Translations under genes and position numbers: made by a program | Shown here: positions 57,241-64,000 of the stretch, piece by piece | Numbering within the stretch: the first letter of the stretch is position 1 | Layout: every line of letters begins with the position of its first letter | DNA from: Eledone cirrhosa | Taxonomy: Eukaryota | Assembly (NCBI GenBank): GCA_964016885.1 | Contig: OZ024763.1 | Span: 6,262,001 to 6,326,000, forward strand | DNA length: 64,000 nt | Reading direction: 5' to 3' | The notes under the pieces: model-generated | The model's database searches: none | Told to the model about the DNA's origin: nothing | What the model saw: the letters and a program-made list of their open reading frames with translations, nothing else

Positions 57241-57378
57241 CAATTTTAGGCCTAGAGAGAAGACTGGATATATGTTGATGATGGGCAACTACAGGCGTTG
57301 GCCGGGCCCGAGGAGAGCGTGATGGGGAGATTTTGGATGACATAGCCTCATTGCTTTCACACACTGAAGAGGGAGGCC
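57241..57378 (-). CDS. Coding exon C (Ser/Pro-rich)
   Basis: Acceptor TTTCTCATTCCAG| and donor TTG|GTAAGA. 138 nt, phase 1 in and out, open: GPPSSVCESNEAMSSKISPSRSPRARPTPVVAHHQHISSLLSRPKI. Confidence 0.85.
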
Positions 57379-58023
57379 CTGGAATGAGAAACAGTTAAGG
57401 GTTCATAACAAGAAAACTAGGATTTGGGATGGGTGGCTTGGTTGGAGTGGTTTGAGATGGTTGGGTGATTGTGTGTGTGAGTGTTTTGTGTGTGCGCATG
57501 TGTTTTGGGTGTGTATGTGAGTGTGTGTTTTAGTGTGTGTGAGAGGACATTAGAAGTACCGATGTAAGTTTATTGTAAGTTTGGCTCACCCCTCCTGCCC
57601 CTCAAATAATAATGTGAGGTGGGGGAATCTGGAATGAACAAATTAGGGGGAGGAAGAAGGGAATGTGTGAATATGATCGAGTTAATAAGGAGGGCAATCA
57701 CACACACACACAACTTTTTATCTCTACCAAACACAGCCACCGTACCTTGCTATTATGTGTGCACTGAACAGCTGGTTGTAGTGGCATTACTGCAACTTGG
57801 CAGATTGATTGGGTGAGATAGACATTGGCCAAGGACCATTCACACTGTATGAATTACCTTCATTAATAATTATATATATATATATATACATACACACACA
57901 CACATGCATACACATACATATATACATACAGGCAAGCATACACACACACACACACACATCCAAACAGGCAGGCATACACATATATATATATATACATACA
58001 CATACACATACAGGCAGGCATAC

Positions 58024-58055
<32 letters not shown>

Positions 58056-58208
58056 TACATCCAAACAGGCAGGCATACACATATATATATACACACATAC
58101 AAGCAGGCATACATTATATATATATATATATATATACACACACATACAGGCAGGCATACATTATATATATATATATATATATACACACACATACAGGCAG
58201 GCATACAT

Positions 58209-58240
<32 letters not shown>

Positions 58241-58914
58241 ATATACACACACACACATACATCCAAACAGGCAGGCATACACATATATATACACACATAC
58301 AGGCAAGCAAACACATATATATACACACATACAGGCAAGCATACACACTTCCAAACAGGCAAGCAAACACATATATATACACATACACACATGGTTTATA
58401 AAAGTCACTGATGTTATTTCAGTGATCTCCAACTGCCAGCTTATTGTCTCAATGAGAAAATAAGGTGGCATCTCGATACTCTGAGTACGCACATAATAGT
58501 TATATAGCGAGTGCAGTGGCAGTGTTATATATATACAGGTACACATATATACAGACACATACATATATACAGTCACAAACAACAGCCGCATATACATATA
58601 CATTCAAACGACATACATACACATAGGCACACTCACATACATATACATGTGAATATATGAATATATACATTTACACAAACACAAACTGATAGAGAGGAAG
58701 AGAGATAGAAAGTTTACCTTGATATACTGTCAAGTGCTAACACACCAAAACACACACAGCCACATTAAAAACCAGACACACACACACATATATCCATACA
58801 TATAAACACATGGACCAAGATATTTTTTTGTTTTCTTTTTTTTTTTTCAGAGAAAATTCAGATGACCTGGATATGATGAATAGATGTTAAATAAAACAAC
58901 AAAGGTTATTGAAT

Positions 58915-59530
58915 GAATTGGAACCTCTAAAAGTAAAGACTTCTGTATATAAGGCAATGGAAATACATAAAGAGTTGGGACCTCTAAAAGTAAAGACTTC
59001 TGTATATAAGGCAATGGAAGATACACAAAGTGTTGGGACCTCTAAAAGTAAAGACTTCTGTATATAAGGCAATGGAAGATACACAAAGAGTTGGGACCCC
59101 TAAAAGTAAAGACTTCTGTATATAAGGCAATGGAAGATACACAAAGAGTTGGGACCTCTAAAAGTAAAGACTTCTGTATATAAGGCAATGGAAGATACAC
59201 AAAGAGTTGGGACCTCTAAAAGTAAAGACTTCTGTATATAATATATATATACGACAGTGGAACATATACAAAGTGTTGGGACCTCTAAAAGAAAACACTT
59301 CTGTATATAATATGTATATAAGACAGCAAGCGCTAAAGAAAGAGTTGGGACCTGTATAAGTAAACACTTTTGCATGAAATATGTAATTAAGTTGGCAAAA
59401 TATATAGAAAGAATTTGGACCTCTAAAAGTAAACATTTCTGTATATTATGCGAATGGGACCTCTATAAGTAAACACTTCTGTATGTAACATGTATCCAAG
59501 ATGGCAAAATTTCTAGAAAGACTCAGGATC
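58915..59530. repeat. 58-bp minisatellite, decaying rightwards
   Basis: Unit GGGACCTCTAAAAGTAAAGACTTCTGTATATAAGGCAATGGAAGATACACAAAGAGTT. Confidence 0.9.
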
Positions 59531-59549
59531 TTTAAAAGTAAATATATCT

Positions 59550-60140
59550 GTACGTGATGTGCATGAAAGAGGACAGCTGCATAAAAAAGTGCAGGGCGAT
59601 CAAAATAGATGGTAGCTATGGAGTAGGCAGACCCAGAAAAACTTGGGACGATTTGATAAATTCCGACCTTACGCACTTACACCTCCCCAAGACAATGTCA
59701 CTGGACCGAGATCTTTGGCGCTACGCAGTAATACAGAAGACCCGCCTTGCCTAAGTACAAAGCGAAACCTAGTCAGTAGGCACCTCTTAACCAAAAATAC
59801 ACCCCCATCCCACTACCCATACACCCATCTACACCACCCCTTTCGCTGTAAAGTTGTGTTGGTACCACAACACCCAATCCTAAATAAATGAGGTCGTGTA
59901 GGTGTCACGATAAAAAAAAAAAACACAGTCCACGCTGTAATGTGGCCGTGTAGGTAACACGGTAAAAACCTCCCCAATCCACACTGTAAACGTGGTTGGT
60001 GTTAGGAAGAGCATCCAGCCATAGAAAACCTGCCAGACACTCCTACACGAGCAAGACAACCAATCTTGCCTCAAGTGGGACAATTCCCGTCTAAACCCAT
60101 GCTAGCGTGGAAGATAGACGTTAAACGATGATGATGATGA
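59550..60140 (+). mobile_element. RTE-like LINE C-terminus plus (GAT)n-tailed 3' end; source of an abundant tail family
   Basis: ORF GRPRKTWDDLINSDL...DRDLWRYAV, followed by GTTAGGAAGAGCATCCAGCC...CCCATGCTAGCGTGGAAGATAGACGTTAAACGATGATGA. Tail copies at about 5690-5980, 7320-7410, 10960-11130, 20715-20845, 25400-25530, 38425-38660, 46230-46355 and 56950-57115. Confidence 0.75.
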
Positions 60141-60659
60141 TATATGAACAGAAATAATTCAAGTTATACCCATTTGATACCAACCCAACTCCAATACTGA
60201 CTCTGGTCTATGAAACAGAACACTCCATTTTAAAGGGTTCATATTTGAATTAAAATCTTCCAACATAATTTTATATAAGAATCATGTTAAGTTACTATCT
60301 TGGTAATGAAATAATAATGTTAGTAAATCCCTCAAAATTCTTCATTAATAAATTGAAAAAGTGAATTTCATTAGAAATGTAGTGAGGAAAGGCTTAAGTT
60401 ACTATCTTTGTAATTAAATAATAGATAATAATCTTAGTAAATCCCCCAAAATTCTTCATTAACCCCTTTAGATACCAACCCAGCCAAAACCGACCCTGTA
60501 TCAATGAAACAAAACCGCCCATTTAAATACAGGGTTCCTATTTAAACTAAAATCTTTGAACTTAATTTTATATAAGAACCATATGTTCAGTTAGTATCTT
60601 AGCAATAAAAATAAATAATTTTAATAAATCCCTTAAAATTCTTCATTAATTAATTGAAA

Positions 60660-61370
60660 TAGAGTGTCTTTCATTAGAAATATGGTAATGGAAGGGTTAA
60701 AGACATAGACAGTGTCTTTCATTAGAAATATGGTAATGGAAGGGTTAAAGACATAGACAGTGTCTTTCATTAGAAATATGGTAAGGAAAGGGTTAAAGAC
60801 AGACATTGTCTTTCATTAGAAATATGGTAATGGAAGGGTTAAAGACATAGACAGGGTCTTTTATTAGAAATATGGTAATGAAAGGGTTAAAGACATAGGC
60901 AGTGTCTTTCATTAGAAATATGGTAATGAAAGGGTTAAAGACATAGACAGTGTCTTTCATTAGAAATATGGTAATGAAAGGGTTAAAGACATAGGCAGTG
61001 TCTTTCATTAGAAATATGGTAATGAAAGGGTTAAATAGACACAAGGAGAATTAATCTTGAGAGGCCAATCTAGGTTATGGTAGAAACAGACAGATAAAGA
61101 TATAATATTTAAAAAGGACAGATTTAAAATACCTGGAGGAAGTTATTTTGATCTCAATGAGAGAAATGATTATCACAACAACACCTGTGGTTATTTTATC
61201 TATTCATTTAACATCTGAAAATGATAGAAAGGTAAGTCCTTAATTCTTTCATTACCATATTTCTAATGAAAGACACTGTCTATGTCTTTAACCCCTTCAT
61301 TACCATATTTCTAATGAAAGACACTGTCTATGTCATTAACCCTTTCATTACCATATTTCTAATGAAAGAC
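60660..61370. repeat. 48-bp satellite arrays 3 (60660-61040, minus) and 4 (61245-61370, plus), in inverted orientation
   Basis: Reverse-complement units AGTGTCTTTCATTAGAAATATGGTAATGAAAGGGTTAA, then forward units about 200 bp later. Confidence 0.92.
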
Positions 61371-61638
61371 TAGGTCGTTAACTCTTTACAGAGTGGACTG
61401 GGTGTTTTTTCCTGTGTTATCAGCAATACCACCTTGTTGGGTGAACTAGGTGCTTTTTGTCATGTTACCAGTATGATCACATTACAGGCTGGACTGGGAG
61501 CTCTTTTTGTTGTGACACCAGTACAAACTCTTTACAGGGTGAACTGAGTGCTTTTTTGTCATGGCACCAGAACAAACAAACAAAAGAGGTACTAAGTGTA
61601 TCTGGGCATAAAACTAAGAAGATGTTCGTCTGATTTAC

Positions 61639-62110
61639 CTGGTGGTGATATTGGTTCCACTTTAATCCCTCCAACATGTTGGCTAGTCGTCGTTCTGTTC
61701 TGTGGTGAATGGTCAGGTCGAATCCAGCTCATCCCTCCCTGTACTATCTCGTATTCTTCAGGACTAGTATTGGAGTGAAGCAAACGTTGAATCTGACCGA
61801 CATTCTCCACTTGCTGCGTTCCACTAGTAGAAGAGGCTGCCTGTTGTTGTTGCTGTTGTTGTTGTTGATGCTGTTGATGATGCTGCTGTTGCTGTTGTTG
61901 ATGATGTGGTGGTGGTGGTGGTGGTGGTGGTGGTGGTTGCTGCTGTTGATGATGTGGTGGTGGTGGTGGTGGTGGTGGTTGCTGCTGTTGATGATGTTGT
62001 TGTTGTTGTTGTTGCTGCTGATGATGTTGTTGCTGCTGTTGCTGTTGTTGTTGTTGTTGTTGTTGTTGCTGTTGCTGCTGCTGTTGTTGTTGTTGTTGAT
62101 GTTCTGCTTC
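61639..62110 (-). CDS. Coding exon B: polyQ/polyP/His tract followed by a phospho-dependent SUMO motif IKVEPISP
   Basis: Acceptor TTACATAG| at 62111 and donor CAG|GTAAAT at 61638. Length 472 nt, phase 0 in (matching exon A) and phase 1 out. Reads EAEHQQQ...PPPP...AASSTSGTQQVENVGQIQRLLHSNTSPEEYEIVQGGMSWIRPDHSPQNRTTTSQHVGGIKVEPISPP, in frame with ORF 61592..61810. Confidence 0.85.
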
Positions 62111-62423
62111 CTATGTAATAAAAATGAACAACTTTAAAACTAAGTTTAGAAAATAGTTTCTAACAGAGGCACATGGCCAGGAAAGGGAAGAGTTTAGTTA
62201 AGGGGGTGGGGGCTGTGGCCCTTTCTGAAAGACAGTGTTGTCTTCAGGACACATGTGGCTCTTCTGGATGTCTGAGTGTGGCCCTTTTGAAAGATTGATG
62301 TGGCTTTCTGAAAGCCTGAAGGTGGCCCTTCTGAAAGATTAAGTGTGGCCCTTCCCTTCTGATAGACTGAGTAGAATGATGGTGATGACGACAACAGCAA
62401 TGACAAGATAAAAGCCTACTTAC

Positions 62424-62668
62424 CTGATGCTGGTGTACTCGTTTTAGCTTCCAATTATGTGGGTGTACCCCTGGAGTGTAACTCGTGTGCAACCGCATCA
62501 CTTCTGGACCGCCACCACCACCCCCTTGCTGGTAGGCGGGGTCCGTGGTCTGGGACACTACCACATTCGATTGGTTGCCCGGGGACTTTATCGTAGGTGG
62601 TAACCCGTACTCGCTATTGATCACGCTGGCTAAAGTGCCCACCTGGGCCACAGACGTGTGAATTGAAA
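62424..62668 (-). CDS. Internal coding exon A of an unidentified low-complexity nuclear/transcription-regulator-like gene (5' part lies beyond the window)
   Basis: Acceptor (T)nCAG at 62670-62669 and donor CAG|GTAAGT at 62423. The 245 nt are open in one frame only: SIHTSVAQVGTLASVINSEYGLPPTIKSPGNQSNVVVSQTTDPAYQQGGGGGGPEVMRLHTSYTPGVHPHNWKLKRVHQHQ. Exits in phase 0. Confidence 0.85.
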
Positions 62669-64000
62669 CTGAAAAAAAAAAAAAGAAAAAAAAAATTTTT
62701 TTTTAAAAAGGTTTTTTTTCCAAACGGAGAGAAAAAGGTGGGGGTGGGGCTAGATTTTTAGTTGAATTAACAACAACACTATTGCATATTTCTTGGTGTC
62801 AAAATCTATTGTTGCACTGCAGTGGAAGAACTATGTCAGTGACCAGGTTGCAAGTAGAGCCACATAAAACATAAATGTTAACACCAAGAAATTAATGGTA
62901 AATATAAAATGATTTAAAAACCCTTTTGTTACCATATTTCTTATGAAACACTGGCCTCTAGGGTCTTCAAAGAATTCCGAAAATAATCAAGAATTTGGAA
63001 GGATTTTGTAACATCTTTAACATTCTCGTTATTAAGTTTGGAACATAACTTAACAAAGGTTCTTGCATGACATTTTGATGGAAGGTTTTCAGATAAATAT
63101 AAAGTAAAAAAAAAAAAAATAGTGGATGATTTCATGTGGTTTGGTATCAAAAGGGTTAAGTTGGTGTTTGGAACATAACTTATATATAATTATAATGAAA
63201 TTTTTTTTTTTTTTATAAATACAATCGCTTTAACCTTTTCATTATGAAGTTGGTGTTTGGAACATGACTTAACAAAGGTTCTTACATAAGATAATGATGG
63301 AAGGTTTTCAGATAAATATAAACACTTCAACTCTTTCGTTACCATATTTCTAATGAAAGAAACTGCTTTGGAATTTTACATAATTTTACAAATAATCAAG
63401 AATTTGGAAAGATTAAGTTGGTGTTTGGAACATAACACAACAAAGGTTCTTACATAAAATTATGATGGAAGGTTTTTTTAAATTTTTATTTTAGATAAAT
63501 ATAAACACTTTAACTCTTTCGTTTAAAGTATCAGAGATCCAGGGTCGTTTTCAGACAGTTTGGTATCGAAAGAGGTAAGTTTTTATGTATTTAAAAAAAT
63601 TACTAAAATGATTCGTCCAAGGTAGAATTGCAATAATAATAATAATAATAGTAATAATAATAATAATGGTGGTTTCTAATTTCGGCAGAGGGCCAACAAT
63701 GTGCGGGGACGGGACAGTAGATGACATCGATCCCCTGTATGCGACTGGTACTTTATTTTATCGACCCTGGAAAGGATTGAAGGCAAAGTTGGCCGTGGAG
63801 TGATTTCAAACATGGAACTTCTGAGGGCAGGCTAGCAGTAAATACTATAAAGCTGTTTTGCCCAAACGCTCTACCGATTCTGCCGTGATAATTTATTTAT
63901 TTTTTTTTAACACAAGCGTGAAACCTTTAGAATATATAGATCAGAGGATGGTGGGTCGAATGGGGGGTAACGAAAAGGTTAAGTGTGGGTCTTGGGGGAG

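Noticed and set aside
61133-61184. Possible 52-nt minus-strand exon (CACAG|...CAG|GTATTT)
   Set aside because: The acceptor is A-rich with no pyrimidine tract, and inclusion frameshifts into a stop in exon C.
61639-61670. Naming the gene MEF2 from IKVEPISPP
   Set aside because: The motif is shared by many factors, there is no MADS domain in the window, and the C-terminus is not MEF2-like.

Overview
AT-rich, microsatellite-saturated eukaryotic DNA. The SINE and LINE-tail families and (TA)n density point to an Octopus-type (coleoid cephalopod) genome; this is inferred, not proven. Almost all ORFs in the supplied track are simple-repeat artefacts. One host gene is well supported: the 3' part of a minus-strand gene, with exons 62668-62424, 62110-61639 and 57378-57241, then two in-phase alternative last coding exons at 52747 and 51013, a 3'UTR intron and a long 3'UTR to about 46640. 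It encodes a polyQ/P/A/H low-complexity nuclear-type protein with a phospho-dependent SUMO motif (IKVEPISP); I cannot name it. Weak traces of 5' exons of a second minus-strand gene lie between about 37 kb and 3 kb. The rest is decayed RTE, CR1, R4/Dong and Penelope retroelements, tRNA-derived SINEs, MITEs and many minisatellites. The most striking signal is about a dozen complete or partial minimal type I hammerhead ribozyme motifs from several unrelated sequence families. Most sit beside (TA)n tracts, many are in inverted or palindromic duplications, and a Penelope GIY-YIG relic is nearby. A 48-bp satellite whose unit starts with a piggyBac-like TTAACCCTTT end also occurs in both orientations inside the host gene's introns.
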